Source: Auanema rhodensis
Lineage: Eukaryota > Animalia > Nematoda
NCBI GenBank assembly: GCA_964057225.1
Contig: OZ059900.1
Span: forward strand, 16,058,001 to 16,122,000
DNA length: 64,000 nt
Direction of reading: 5' to 3'
Shown here: positions 13,676-29,400 of the stretch, piece by piece
Layout: each line of letters opens with the position of its first letter
How positions within the stretch are numbered: the stretch's first letter is position 1
The notes under the pieces: generated by a model
Told to the model about the DNA's origin: nothing
The model's input: only the letters and a program-made list of their open reading frames with translations
Databases searched by the model: none
Program-made: the position numbers and the translations under genes

Positions 13676-16600
13676 GCGAAATTTCCAAAAACTGGTTTTC
13701 CAGCATAATAAAATATTTCTCATGGGAAATACTGTGTTTTTGTATTTTTCTAGTGTTCAGCATGTAAAATGCTTCATTTTAGTATGTAACACGCTGAAAT
13801 TCGTTGCATTTGACGACTCATATGAACAAAAATCGATTTAATCAATATTAGCCATAAGGGGCGTGCCCTCAGAATATGCTAATTTCCTTAATTTTCTAAC
13901 CCTTGTTTTTTTGTCGTGAAAGTGGAACTAGACGTTGTACGAACAATTTTGAGCTAGGTTTCATTGACATTGCATGAGTTTGAACACATGAAATCGTAAG
14001 TCAAAACCTTGTTTACAGCGAAATTTCGAAAAACTGGTTTTCCAGCATAATAAAATATTTCTCATGGGAAATACTGTGTTTTTGTATTCTTCTAGTGTTC
14101 AGCATGTGAAATGCTTCATTTTAGTGTGTAACACGCTGAAATTCGTTGCATTTGACGACTCATATGAACAAAAATCGATTTAATCAATATTAGCCATAAG
14201 GGGCGTGCCCTCAGAATATGCTAATTTCCTTAATTTTCTAACCCCTGTTTTTTTGTCGTGAAAGTGGAACTAGACGTTGTACGAACAATTTTGAGCTAGG
14301 TTTCATTGACATTGCATGAGTTTGAACACATGAAATCGTAAGTCAAAACCTTGTTTACAGCGAAATTTCCAAAAACTGGTTTTCCAGCATAATAAAATAT
14401 TTCTCATGGGAAATACTGTGTTTTTGTATTTTTCTAGTGTTCAGCATGTAAAATGCTTCATTTTAGTATGTAACACGCTGAAATTCGTTGCATTTGACGA
14501 CTCATATGAACAAAAATCGATTTAATCAATATTAGCCATAAGGGGCGTGCCCTCAGAATATGCTAATTTCCTTAATTTTCTAACCCTTGTTTTTTTGTCG
14601 TGAAAGTGGAACTAGACGTTGTACAAACAATTTTGAGCTAGGTTTCATTGACATTGCATGAGTTTGAACACATGAAATCGTAAGTCAAAACCTTGTTTAC
14701 AGCGAAATTTCCAAAAACTGGTTTTCCAGCATGATAAAATATTTCTCATGGGAAATACTGTGTTTTTGTATTTTTCTAGTGTTCAGCATGTAAAATGCTT
14801 CATTTTAGTATGTAACACGCTGAAATTCGTTGCATTTGACGACTCATATGAACAAAAATCGATTTAATCAATATTAGCCATAAGGGGCGTGCCCTCAGAA
14901 TATGCTAATTTCCTTAATTTTCTAACCCCTGTTTTTTTGTCGTGAAAGTGGAACTAGACGTTGTACGAACAATTTTGAGCTAGGTTTCATTGACATTGCA
15001 TGAGTTTGAACACATGAAATCGTAAGTCAAAACCTTGTTTACAGCGAAATTTCCAAAAACTGGTTTTCCAGCATAATAAAATATTTCTCATGGGAAATAC
15101 TGTGTTTTTGTATTCTTCTAGTGTTCAGCATGTGAAATGCTTCATTTTAGTGTGTAACACGCTGAAATTCGTTGCATTTGACGACTCATATGAACAAAAA
15201 TCGATTTAATCAATATTAGCCATAAGGGGCGTGCCCTCAGAATATGCTAATTTCCTTAATTTTCTAACCCCTGTTTTTTTGTCGTGAAAGTGGAACTAGA
15301 CGTTGTACGAACAATTTTGAGCTAGGTTTCATTGACATTGCATGAGTTTGAACACATGAAATCGTAAGTCAAAACCTTGTTTACAGCGAAATTTCCACAA
15401 ACTGGTTTTCCAGCATAATAAAATATTTCTCATGGGAAATACTGTGTTTTTGTATTCTTCTAGTGTTCAGCATGTAAAATGCTTCATTTTAGTATGTAAC
15501 ACGCTGAAATTCGTTGCATTTGACGACTCATATGAACAAAAATCGATTTAATCAATATTAGCCATAAGGGGCGTGCCCTCAGAATATGCTAATTTCCTTA
15601 ATTTTCTAACCCCTGTTTTTTTGTCGTGAAAGTGGAACTAGACGTTGTACGAACAATTTTGAGCTAGGTTTCATTGACATTGCATGAGTTTGAACACATG
15701 AAATCGTAAGTCAAAACCTTGTTTACAGCGAAATTTCCAAAAACTGGTTTTCCAGCATAATAAAACATTTCTCATGGGAAATACTGTGTTTTTGTATTTT
15801 TCTAGTGTTCAGCATGTAAAATGCTTCATTTTAGTATGTAACACGCTGAAATTCGTTGCATTTGACGACTCATATGAACAAAAATCGATTTAATCAATAT
15901 TAGCCATAAGGGGCGTGCCCTCAGAATATGCTAATTTCCTTAATTTTCTAACCCTTGTTTTTTTGTCGTGAAAGTGGAACTAGACGTTGTACGAACAATT
16001 TTGAGCTAGGTTTCATTGACATTGCATGAGTTTGAACACATGAAATCGTAAGTCAAAACCTTGTTTACAGCGAAATTTCGAAAAACTGGTTTTCCAGCAT
16101 AATAAAATATTTCTCATGGGAAATACTGTGTTTTTGTATTCTTCTAGTGTTCAGCATGTGAAATGCTTCATTTTAGTGTGTAACACGCTGAAATTCGTTG
16201 CATTTGACGACTCATATGAACAAAAATCGATTTAATCAATATTAGCCATAAGGGGCGTGCCCTCAGAATATGCTAATTTCCTTAATTTTCTAACCCCTGT
16301 TTTTTTGTCGTGAAAGTGGAACTAGACGTTGTACGAACAATTTTGAGCTAGGTTTCATTGACATTGCATGAGTTTGAACACATGAAATCGTAAGTCAAAA
16401 CCTTGTTTACAGCGAAATTTCCAAAAACTGGTTTTCCAGCATAATAAAATATTTCTCATGGGAAATACTGTGTTTTTGTATTTTTCTAGTGTTCAGCATG
16501 TAAAATGCTTCATTTTAGTATGTAACACGCTGAAATTCGTTGCACTTGACGACTCATATGAACAAAAATCGATTTAATCAATATTAGCCATAAGGGGCGT

Positions 16601-19147
16601 GCCCTCAGAATATGCTAATTTCCTTAATTTTCTAACCCTTGTTTTTTTGTCGTGAAAGTGGAACTAGACGTTGTACAAACAATTTTGAGCTAGGTTTCAT
16701 TGACATTGCATGAGTTTGAACACATGAAATCGTAAGTCAAAACCTTGTTTACAGCGAAATTTCCAAAAACTGGTTTTCCAGCATGATAAAATATTTCTCA
16801 TGGGAAATACTGTGTTTTTGTATTTTTCTAGTGTTCAGCATGTAAAATGCTTCATTTTAGTATGTAACACGCTGAAATTCGTTGCATTTGACGACTCATA
16901 TGAACAAAAATCGATTTAATCAATATTAGCCATAAGGGGCGTGCCCTCAGAATATGCTAATTTCCTTAATTTTCTAACCCCTGTTTTTTTGTCGTGAAAG
17001 TGGAACTAGACGTTGTACGAACAATTTTGAGCTAGGTTTCATTGACATTGCATGAGTTTGAACACATGAAATCGTAAGTCAAAACCTTGTTTACAGCGAA
17101 ATTTCCACAAACTGGTTTTCCAGCATAATAAAATATTTCTCATGGGAAATACTGTGTTTTTGTATTCTTCTAGTGTTCAGCATGTAAAATGCTTCATTTT
17201 AGTATGTAACACGCTGAAATTCGTTGCATTTGACGACTCATATGAACAAAAATCGATTTAATCAATATTAGCCATAAGGGGCGTGCCCTCAGAATATGCT
17301 AATTTCCTTAATTTTCTAACCCCTGTTTTTTTGTCGTGAAAGTGGAACTAGACGTTGTACGAACAATTTTGAGCTAGGTTTCATTGACATTGCATGAGTT
17401 TGAACACATGAAATCGTAAGTCAAAACCTTGTTTACAGCGAAATTTCCAAAAACTGGTTTTCCAGCATAATAAAATATTTATCATGGAAAATACTGTGTT
17501 TTTGTATTTTTCTAGTGTTCAGCATGTAAAATGCTTCATTTTAGTATGTAACACGCTGAAATTCGTTGCATTTGACGACTCATATGAACAAAAATCGATT
17601 TAATCAATATTAGCCATAAGGGGCGTGCCCTCAGAATATGCTAATTTCCTTAATTTTCTAACCCTTGTTTTTTTGTCGTGAAAGTGGAACTAGACGTTGT
17701 ACGAACAATTTTGAGCTAGGTTTCATTGACATTGCATGAGTTTGAACACATGAAATCGTAAGTCAAAACCTTGTTTACAGCGAAATTTCGAAAAACTGGT
17801 TTTCCAGCATAATAAAATATTTCTCATGGGAAATACTGTGTTTTTGTATTCTTCTAGTGTTCAGCATGTGAAATGCTTCATTTTAGTGTGTAACACGCTG
17901 AAATTCGTTGCATTTGACGACTCATATGAACAAAAATCGATTTAATCAATATTAGCCATAAGGGGCGTGCCCTCAGAATATGCTAATTTCCTTAATTTTC
18001 TAACCCCTGTTTTTTTGTCGTGAAAGTGGAACTAGACGTTGTACAAACAATTTTGAGCTAGGTTTCATTGACATTGCATGAGTTTGAACACATGAAATCG
18101 TAAGTCAAAACCTTGTTTACAGCGAAATTTCCAAAAACTGGTTTTCCAGCATAATAAAATATTTCTCATGGGAAATACTGTGTTTTTGTATTTTTCTAGT
18201 GTTCAGCATGTAAAATGCTTCATTTTAGTATGTAACACGCTGAAATTCGTTGCATTTGACGACTCATATGAACAAAAATCGATTTAATCAATATTAGCCA
18301 TAAGGGGCGTGCCCTCAGAATATGCTAATTTCCTTAATTTTCTAACCCTTGTTTTTTTGTCGTGAAAGTGGAACTAGACGTTGTACAAACAATTTTGAGC
18401 TAGGTTTCATTGACATTGCATGAGTTTGAACACATGAAATCGTAAGTCAAAACCTTGTTTACAGCGAAATTTCCAAAAACTGGTTTTCCAGCATGATAAA
18501 ATATTTCTCATGGGAAATACTGTGTTTTTGTATTTTTCTAGTGTTCAGCATGTAAAATGCTTCATTTTAGTATGTAACACGCTGAAATTCGTTGCATTTG
18601 ACGACTCATATGAACAAAAATCGATTTAATCAATATTAGCCATAAGGGGCGTGCCCTCAGAATATGCTAATTTCCTTAATTTTCTAACCCCTGTTTTTTT
18701 GTCGTGAAAGTGGAACTAGACGTTGTACGAACAATTTTGAGCTAGGTTTCATTGACATTGCATGAGTTTGAACACATGAAATCGTAAGTCAAAACCTTGT
18801 TTACAGCGAAATTTCCACAAACTGGTTTTCCAGCATAATAAAATATTTCTCATGGGAAATACTGTGTTTTTGTATTCTTCTAGTGTTCAGCATGTGAAAT
18901 GCTTCATTTTAGTGTGTAACACGCTGAAATTCGTTGCATTTGACGACTCATATGAACAAAAATCGATTTAATCAATATTAGCCATAAGGGGCGTGCCCTC
19001 AGAATATGCTAATTTCCTTAATTTTCTAACCCCCGTTTTTTTGTCGTGAAAGTGGAACTAGACGTTGTACGAACAATTTTGAGCTAGGTTTCATTGACAT
19101 TGCATGAGTTTGAACACATGAAATCGTAAGTCAAAACCTTGTTTACA
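13676..19147. repeat. Imperfect 5-monomer (1710-bp) higher-order repeat in array A
   Basis: The ordered cycle [CCCTT]-[TTCGAAAA + GTGAAA/GTGTG]-[CCCTT + TACAAAC]-[CATGATA]-[CCACAAA + TTCTT] appears at 15728-17437 and 17438-19147. It also appears at 13676-15727 with one extra monomer. Confidence 0.8.
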
Positions 19148-20438
19148 GCGAAATTTCCAAAAACTGGTTTTCCAGCATGATAAAATATTTCTCATGGGAA
19201 ATACTGTGTTTTTGTATTCTTCTAGTGTTCAGCATGTGAAATGCTTCATTTTAGTGTGTAACACGCTGAAATTCGTTGCATTTGACGACTCATATGAACA
19301 AAAATCGATTTAATCAATATTAGCCATAAGGGGCGTGCCCTCAGAATATGCTAATTTCCTTAATTTTCTAACCCCTGTTTTTTTGTCGTGAAAGTGGAAC
19401 TAGACGTTGTACAAACAATTTTGAGCTAGGTTTCATTGACATTGCATGAGTTTGAACACATGAAATCGTAAGTCAAAACCTTGTTTACAGCGAAATTTCT
19501 AAAAACTGGTTTTCCAGCATAATAAAATATTTCTCATGGGAAATACTGTGTTTTTGTATTCTTCTAGTGTTCAGCATGTGAAATGCTTCATTTTAGTGTG
19601 TAACACGCTGAAATTCGTTGCATTTGACGACTCATATGAACAAAAATCGATTTAATCAATATTAGCCATAAGGGGCGTGCCCTCAGAATATGCTAATTTC
19701 CTTAATTTTCTAACCCCTGTTTTTTTGTCGTGAAAGTGGAACTAGACGTTGTACAAACAATTTTGAGCTAGGTTTCATTGACATTGCATGAGTTTGAACA
19801 CATGAAATCGTAAGTCAAAACCTTGTTTACAGCGAAATTTCCAAAAACTGGTTTTCCAGCATAATAAAATATTTCTCATGGGAAATACTGTGTTTTTGTA
19901 TTTTTCTAGTGTTCAGCATGTAAAATGCTTCATTTTAGTATGTAACACGCTGAAATTCGTTGCATTTGACGACTCATATGAACAAAAATCGATTTAATCA
20001 ATATTAGCCATAAGGGGCGTGCCCTCAGAATATGCTAATTTCCTTAATTTTCTAACCCTTGTTTTTTTGTCGTGAAAGTGGAACTAGACGTTGTACAAAC
20101 AATTTTGAGCTAGGTTTCATTGACATTGCATGAGTTTGAACACATGAAATCGTAAGTCAAAACCTTGTTTACAGCGAAATTTCCAAAAACTGGTTTTCCA
20201 GCATGATAAAATATTTCTCATGGGAAATACTGTGTTTTTGTATTTTTCTAGTGTTCAGCATGTAAAATGCTTCATTTTAGTATGTAACACGCTGAAATTC
20301 GTTGCATTTGACGACTCATATGAACAAAAATCGATTTAATCAATATTAGCCATAAGGGGCGTGCCCTCAGAATATGCTAATTTCCTTAATTTTCTAACCC
20401 CTGTTTTTTTGTCGTGAAAGTGGAACTAGACGTTGTAC

Positions 20439-23400
20439 GAACAATTTTGAGCTAGGTTTCATTGACATTGCATGAGTTTGAACACATGAAATCGTAAGTC
20501 AAAACCTTGTTTACAGCGAAATTTCCAAAAACTGGTTTTCCAGCATAATAAAATATTTCTCATGGGAAATACTGTGTTTTTGTATTTTTCTAGTGTTCAG
20601 CATGTAAAATGCTTCATTTTAGTATGTAACACGCTGAAATTCGTTGCATTTGACGACTCATATGAACAAAAATCGATTTAATCAATATTAGCCATAAGGG
20701 GCGTGCCCTCAGAATATGCTAATTTCCTTAATTTTCTAACCCCTGTTTTTTTGTCGTGAAAGTGGAACTAGACGTTGTACGAACAATTTTGAGCTAGGTT
20801 TCATTGACATTGCATGAGTTTGAACACATGAAATCGTAAGTCAAAACCTTGTTTACAGCGAAATTTCCAAAAACTGGTTTTCCAGCATAATAAAATATTT
20901 CTCATGGGAAATACTGTGTTTTTGTATTTTTCTAGTGTTCAGCATGTAAAATGCTTCATTTTAGTATGTAACACGCTGAAATTCGTTGCATTTGACGACT
21001 CATATGAACAAAAATCGATTTAATCAATATTAGCCATAAGGGGCGTGCCCTCAGAATATGCTAATTTCCTTAATTTTCTAACCCCTGTTTTTTTGTCGTG
21101 AAAGTGGAACTAGACGTTGTACGAACAATTTTGAGCTAGGTTTCATTGACATTGCATGAGTTTGAACACATGAAATCGTAAGTCAAAACCTTGTTTACAG
21201 CGAAATTTCCAAAAACTGGTTTTCCAGCATAATAAAATATTTCTCATGGGGAATACTGTGTTTTTGTATTTTTCTAGTGTTCAGCATGTAAAATGCTTCA
21301 TTTTAGTATGTAACACGCTGAAATTCGTTGCATTTGACGACTCATATGAACAAAAATCGATTTAATCAATATTAGCCATGAGGGGCGTGCCCTCAGAATA
21401 TGCTAATTTCCTTAATTTTCTAACCCCTGTTTTTTTGTCGTGAAAGTGGAACTAGACGTTGTACGAACAATTTTGAGCTAGGTTTCATTGACATTGCATG
21501 AGTTTGAACACATGAAATCGTAAGTCAAAACCTTGTTTACAGCGAAATTTCCAAAAACTGGTTTTCCAGCATAATAAAATATTTCTCATGGGAAATACTG
21601 TGTTTTTGTATTTTTCTAGTGTTCAGCATGTAAAATGCTTCATTTTAGTTTGTAACACGCTGAAATTCGTTGCATTTGACGACTCATATGAACAAAAATC
21701 GATTTAATCAATATTAGCCATAAGGGGCGTGCCCTCAGAATATGCTAATTTCCTTAATTTTCTAACCCCTGTTTTTTTGTCGTGAAAGTGGAACTAGACG
21801 TTGTACGAACAATTTTGAGCTAGGTTTCATTGACATTGCATGAGTTTGAACACATGAAATCGTAAGTCAAAACCTTGTTTACAGCGAAATTTCCAAAAAC
21901 TGGTTTTCCAGCATAATAAAATATTTCTCATGGGGAATACTGTGTTTTTGTATTTTTCTAGTGTTCAGCATGTAAAATGCTTCATTTTAGTATGTAACAC
22001 GCTGAAATTCGTTGCATTTGACGACTCATATGAACAAAAATCGATTTAATCAATATTAGCCATGAGGGGCGTGCCCTCAGAATATGCTAATTTCCTTAAT
22101 TTTCTAACCCCTGTTTTTTTGTCGTGAAAGTGGAACTAGACGTTGTACGAACAATTTTGAGCTAGGTTTCATTGACATTGCATGAGTTTGAACACATGAA
22201 ATCGTAAGTCAAAACCTTGTTTACAGCGAAATTTCCAAAAACTGGTTTTCCAGCATAATAAAATATTTCTCATGGGAAACACTGTGTTTTTGTATTTTTC
22301 TAGTGTTCAGCATGTAAAATGCTTCATTTTAGTTTGTAACACGCTGAAATTCGTTGCATTTGACGACTCATATGAACAAAAATCGATTTAATCAATATTA
22401 GCCATAAGGGGCGTGCCCTCAGAATATGCTAATTTCCTTAATTTTCTAACCCCTGTTTTTTTGTCGTGAAAGTGGAACTAGACGTTGTACGAACAATTTT
22501 GAGCTAGGTTTCATTGACATTGCATGAGTTTGAACACATGAAATCGTAAGTCAAAACCTTGTTTACAGCGAAATTTCCAAAAACTGGTTTTCCAGCATAA
22601 TAAAATATTTCTCATGGGAAATACTGTGTTTTTGTATTTTTCTAGTGTTCAGCATGTAAAATGCTTCATTTTAGTATGTAACACGCTGAAATTCGTTGCA
22701 TTTGACGACTCATATGAACAAAAATCGATTTAATCAATATTAGCCATAAGGGGCGTGCCCTCAGAATATGCTAATTTCCTTAATTTTCTAACCCCTGTTT
22801 TTTTGTTGTGAAAGTGGAACTAGACGTTGTACGAACAATTTTGAGCTAGGTTTCATTGACATTGCATGAGTTTGAACACATGAAATCGTAAGTCAAAACC
22901 TTGTTTACAGCGAAATTTCCAAAAACTGGTTTTCCAGCATAATAAAATATTTCTCATGGGAAATACTGTGTTTTTGTATTTTTCTAGTGTTCAGCATGTA
23001 AAATGCTTCATTTTAGTATGTAACACGCTGAAATTCGTTGCATTTGACGACTCATATGAACAAAAATCGATTTAATCAATATTAGCCATAAGGGGCGTGC
23101 CCTCAGAATATGCTAATTTCCTTAATTTTCTAACCCCTGTTTTTTTGTCGTGAAAGTGGAACTAGACGTTGTACGAACAATTTTGAGCTAGGTTTCATTG
23201 ACATTGCATGAGTTTGAACACATGAAATCGTAAGTCAAAACCTTGTTTACAGCGAAATTTCCAAAAACTGGTTTTCCAGCATAATAAAATATTTCTCATG
23301 GGGAATACTGTGTTTTTGTATTTTTCTAGTGTTCAGCATGTAAAATGCTTCATTTTAGTATGTAACACGCTGAAATTCGTTGCATTTGACGACTCATATG

Positions 23401-26400
23401 AACAAAAATCGATTTAATCAATATTAGCCATGAGGGGCGTGCCCTCAGAATATGCTAATTTCCTTAATTTTCTAACCCCTGTTTTTTTGTCGTGAAAGTG
23501 GAACTAGACGTTGTACGAACAATTTTGAGCTAGGTTTCATTGACATTGCATGAGTTTGAACACATGAAATCGTAAGTCAAAACCTTGTTTACAGCGAAAT
23601 TTCCAAAAACTGGTTTTCCAGCATAATAAAATATTTCTCATGGGAAACACTGTGTTTTTGTATTTTTCTAGTGTTCAGCATGTAAAATGCTTCATTTTAG
23701 TTTGTAACACGCTGAAATTCGTTGCATTTGACGACTCATATGAACAAAAATCGATTTAATCAATATTAGCCATAAGGGGCGTGCCCTCAGAATATGCTAA
23801 TTTCCTTAATTTTCTAACCCCTGTTTTTTTGTCGTGAAAGTGGAACTAGACGTTGTACGAACAATTTTGAGCTAGGTTTCATTGACATTGCATGAGTTTG
23901 AACACATGAAATCGTAAGTCAAAACCTTGTTTACAGCGAAATTTCCAAAAACTGGTTTTCCAGCATAATAAAATATTTCTCATTTGAAATACTGTGTTTT
24001 TGTATTTTTCTAGTGTTCAGCATGTAAAATGCTTCATTTTAGTATGTAACACGCTGAAATTCGTTGCATTTGACGACTCATATGAACAAAAATCGATTTA
24101 ATCAATATTAGCCATAAGGGGCGTGCCCTCAGAATATGCTAATTTCCTTAATTTTCTAACCCCTGTTTTTTTGTCGTGAAAGTGGAACTAGACGTTGTAC
24201 GAACAATTTTGAGCTAGGTTTCATTGACATTGCATGAGTTTGAACACATGAAATCGTAAGTCAAAACCTTGTTTACAGCGAAATTTCCAAAAACTGGTTT
24301 TCCAGCATAATAAAATATTTCTCATGGGAAATACTGTGTTTTTGTATTTTTCTAGTGTTCAGCATGTAAAATGCTTCATTTTAGTATGTAACACGCTGAA
24401 ATTCGTTGCATTTGACGACTCATATGAACAAAAATCGATTTAATCAATATTAGCCATAAGGGGCGTGCCCTCAGAATATGCTAATTTCCTTAATTTTCTA
24501 ACCCCTGTTTTTTTGTCGTGAAAGTGGAACTAGACGTTGTACGAACATTTTTGAGCTAGGTTTCATTGACATTGCATGAGTTTGAACACATGAAATCGTA
24601 AGTCAAAACCTTGTTTACAGCGAAATTTCCAAAAACTGGTTTTCCAGCATAATAAAATATTTCTCATGGGGAATACTGTGTTTTTGTATTTTTCTAGTGT
24701 TCAGCATGTAAAATGCTTCATTTTAGTTTGTAACACGCTGAAATTCGTTGCATTTGACGACTCATATGAACAAAAATCGATTTAATCAATATTAGCCATA
24801 AGGGGCGTGCCCTCAGAATATGCTAATTTCCTTAATTTTCTAACCCCTGTTTTTTTGTCGTGAAAGTGGAACTAGACGTTGTACGAACAATTTTGAGCTA
24901 GGTTTCATTGACATTGCATGAGTTTGAACACATGAAATCGTAAGTCAAAACCTTGTTTACAGCGAAATTTCCAAAAACTGGTTTTCCAGCATAATAAAAT
25001 ATTTCTCATTTGAAATACTGTGTTTTTGTATTTTTCTAGTGTTCAGCATGTAAAATGCTTCATTTTAGTATGTAACACGCTGAAATTCGTTGCATTTGAC
25101 GACTCATATGAACAAAAATCGATTTAATCAATATTAGCCATAAGGGGCGTGCCCTCAGAATATGCTAATTTCCTTAATTTTCTAACCCCTGTTTTTTTGT
25201 CGTGAAAGTGGAACTAGACGTTGTACGAACAATTTTGAGCTAGGTTTCATTGACATTGCATGAGTTTGAACACATGAAATCGTAAGTCAAAACCTTGTTT
25301 ACAGCGAAATTTCCAAAAACTGGTTTTCCAGCATAATAAAATATTTCTCATGGGAAATACTGTGTTTTTGTATTTTTCTAGTGTTCAGCATGTAAAATGC
25401 TTCATTTTAGTATGTAACACGCTGAAATTCGTTGCATTTGACGACTCATATGAACAAAAATCGATTTAATCAATATTAGCCATAAGGGGCGTGCCCTCAG
25501 AATATGCTAATTTCCTTAATTTTCTAACCCCTGTTTTTTTGTCGTGAAAGTGGAACTAGACGTTGTACGAACAATTTTGAGCTAGGTTTCATTGACATTG
25601 CATGAGTTTGAACACATGAAATCGTAAGTCAAAACCTTGTTTACAGCGAAATTTCCAAAAACTGGTTTTCCAGCATAATAAAATATTTCTCATGGGAAAT
25701 ACTGTGTTTTTGTATTTTTCTAGTGTTCAGCATGTAAAATGCTTCATTTTAGTATGTAACACGCTGAAATTCGTTGCATTTGACGACTCATATGAACAAA
25801 AATCGATTTAATCAATATTAGCCATAAGGGGCGTGCCCTCAGAATATGCTAATTTCCTTAATTTTCTAACCCCTGTTTTTTTGTCGTGAAAGTGGAACTA
25901 GACGTTGTACGAACAATTTTGAGCTAGGTTTCATTGACATTGCATGAGTTTGAACACATGAAATCGTAAGTCAAAACCTTGTTTACAGCGAAATTTCCAA
26001 AAACTGGTTTTCCAGCATAATAAAATATTTCTCATGGGGAATACTGTGTTTTTGTATTTTTCTAGTGTTCAGCATGTAAAATGCTTCATTTTAGTATGTA
26101 ACACGCTGAAATTCGTTGCATTTGACGACTCATATGAACAAAAATCGATTTAATCAATATTAGCCATAAGGGGCGTGCCCTCAGAATATGCTAATTTCCT
26201 TAATTTTCTAACCCCTGTTTTTTTGTCGTGAAAGTGGAACTAGACGTTGTACGAACAATTTTGAGCTAGGTTTCATTGACATTGCATGAGTTTGAACACA
26301 TGAAATCGTAAGTCAAAACCTTGTTTACAGCGAAATTTCCAAAAACTGGTTTTCCAGCATAATAAAATATTTCTCATGGGAAATACTGTGTTTTTGTATT

Positions 26401-29400
26401 TTTCTAGTGTTCAGCATGTAAAATGCTTCATTTTAGTATGTAACACGCTGAAATTCGTTGCATTTGACGACTCATATGAACAAAAATCGATTTAATCAAT
26501 ATTAGCCATGAGGGGCGTGCCCTCAGAATATGCTAATTTCCTTAATTTTCTAACCCCTGTTTTTTTGTCGTGAAAGTGGAACTAGACGTTGTACGAACAA
26601 TTTTGAGCTAGGTTTCATTGACATTGCATGAGTTTGAACACATGAAATCGTAAGTCAAAACCTTGTTTACAGCGAAATTTCCAAAAACTGGTTTTCCAGC
26701 ATAATAAAATATTTCTCATTTGAAATACTGTGTTTTTGTATTTTTCTAGTGTTCAGCATGTAAAATGCTTCATTTTAGTATGTAACACGCTGAAATTCGT
26801 TGCATTTGACGACTCATATGAACAAAAATCGATTTAATCAATATTAGCCATAAGGGGCGTGCCCTCAGAATATGCTAATTTCCTTAATTTTCTAACCCCT
26901 GTTTTTTTGTCGTGAAAGTGGAACTAGACGTTGTACGAACAATTTTGAGCTAGGTTTCATTGACATTGCATGAGTTTGAACACATGAAATCGTAAGTCAA
27001 AACCTTGTTTACAGCGAAATTTCCAAAAACTGGTTTTCCAGCATAATAAAATATTTCTCATGGGAAATACTGTGTTTTTGTATTTTTCTAGTGTTCAGCA
27101 TGTAAAATGCTTCATTTTAGTATGTAACACGCTGAAATTCGTTGCATTTGACGACTCATATGAACAAAAATCGATTTAATCAATATTAGCCATAAGGGGC
27201 GTGCCCTCAGAATATGCTAATTTCCTTAATTTTCTAACCCCTGTTTTTTTGTCGTGAAAGTGGAACTAGACGTTGTACGAACAATTTTGAGCTAGGTTTC
27301 ATTGACATTGCATGAGTTTGAACACATGAAATCGTAAGTCAAAACCTTGTTTACAGCGAAATTTCCAAAAACTGGTTTTCCAGCATAATAAAATATTTCT
27401 CATGGGGAATACTGTGTTTTTGTATTTTTCTAGTGTTCAGCATGTAAAATGCTTCATTTTAGTTTGTAACACGCTGAAATTCGTTGCATTTGACGACTCA
27501 TATGAACAAAAATCGATTTAATCAATATTAGCCATAAGGGGCGTGCCCTCAGAATATGCTAATTTCCTTAATTTTCTAACACCTGTTTTTTTGTCGTGAA
27601 AGTGGAACTAGACGTTGTACGAACAATTTTGAGCTAGGTTTCATTGACATTGCATGAGTTTGAACACATGAAATCGTAAGTCAAAACCTTGTTTACAGCG
27701 AACTTTCCAAAAACTGGTTTTCCAGCATAATAAAATATTTCTCATTTGAAATACTGTGTTTTTGTATTTTTCTAGTGTTCAGCATGTAAAATGCTTCATT
27801 TTAGTATGTAACACGCTGAAATTCGTTGCATTTGACGACTCATATGAACAAAAATCGATTTAATCAATATTAGCCATAAGGGGCGTGCCCTCAGAATATG
27901 CTAATTTCCTTAATTTTCTAACCCCTGTTTTTTTGTCGTGAAAGTGGAACTAGACGTTGTACGAACAATTTTGAGCTAGGTTTCATTGACATTGCATGAG
28001 TTTGAACACATGAAATCGTAAGTCAAAACCTTGTTTACAGCGAAATTTCCAAAAACTGGTTTTCCAGCATAATAAAATATTTCTCATGGGAAATACTGTG
28101 TTTTTGTATTTTTCTAGTGTTCAGCATGTAAAATGCTTCATTTTAGTATGTAACACGCTGAAATTCGTTGCATTTGACGACTCATATGAACAAAAATCGA
28201 TTTAATCAATATTAGCCATAAGGGGCGTGCCCTCAGAATATGCTAATTTCCTTAATTTTCTAACCCCTGTTTTTTTGTCGTGAAAGTGGAACTAGACGTT
28301 GTACGAACAATTTTGAGCTAGGTTTCATTGACATTGCATGAGTTTGAACACATGAAATCGTAAGTCAAAACCTTGTTTACAGCGAAATTTCCAAAAACTG
28401 GTTTTCCAGCATAATAAAATATTTCTCATGGGGAATACTGTGTTTTTGTATTTTTCTAGTGTTCAGCATGTAAAATGCTTCATTTTAGTATGTAACACGC
28501 TGAAATTCGTTGCATTTGACGACTCATATGAACAAAAATCGATTTAATCAATATTAGTCATAAGGGGCGTGCCCTCAGAATATGCTAATTTCCTTAATTT
28601 TCTAACCCCTGTTTTTTTGTCGTGAAAGTGGAACTAGACGTTGTACGAACAATTTTGAGCTAGGTTTCATTGACATTGCATGAGTTTGAACACATGAAAT
28701 CGTAAGTCAAAACCTTGTTTACAGCGAAATTTCCAAAAACTGGTTTTCCAGCATAATAAAATATTTCTCATGGGAAACACTGTGTTTTTGTATTTTTCTA
28801 GTGTTCAGCATGTAAAATGCTTCATTTTAGTTTGTAACACGCTGAAATTCGTTGCATTTGACGACTCATATGAACAAAAATCGATTTAATCAATATTAGC
28901 CATAAGGGGCGTGCCCTCAGAATATGCTAATTTCCTTAATTTTCTAACCCCTGTTTTTTTGTCGTGAAAGTGGAACTAGACGTTGTACAAACAATTTTGA
29001 GCTAGGTTTCATTGACATTGCATGAGTTTGAACACATGAAATCGTAAGTCAAAACCTTGTTTACAGCGAAATTTCCAAAAACTGGTTTTCCAGCATGATA
29101 AAATATTTCTCATGGGAAATACTGTGTTTTTGTATTTTTCTAGTGTTCAGCATGTAAAATGCTTCATTTTAGTATGTAACACGCTGAAATTCGTTGCATT
29201 TGACGACTCATATGAACAAAAATCGATTTAATCAATATTAGCCATAAGGGGCGTGCCCTCAGAATATGCTAATTTCCTTAATTTTCTAACCCCTGTTTTT
29301 TTGTCGTGAAAGTGGAACTAGACGTTGTACGAACAATTTTGAGCTAGGTTTCATTGACATTGCACGAGTTTGAACACATGATATCGTAAGTCAAAACCTT

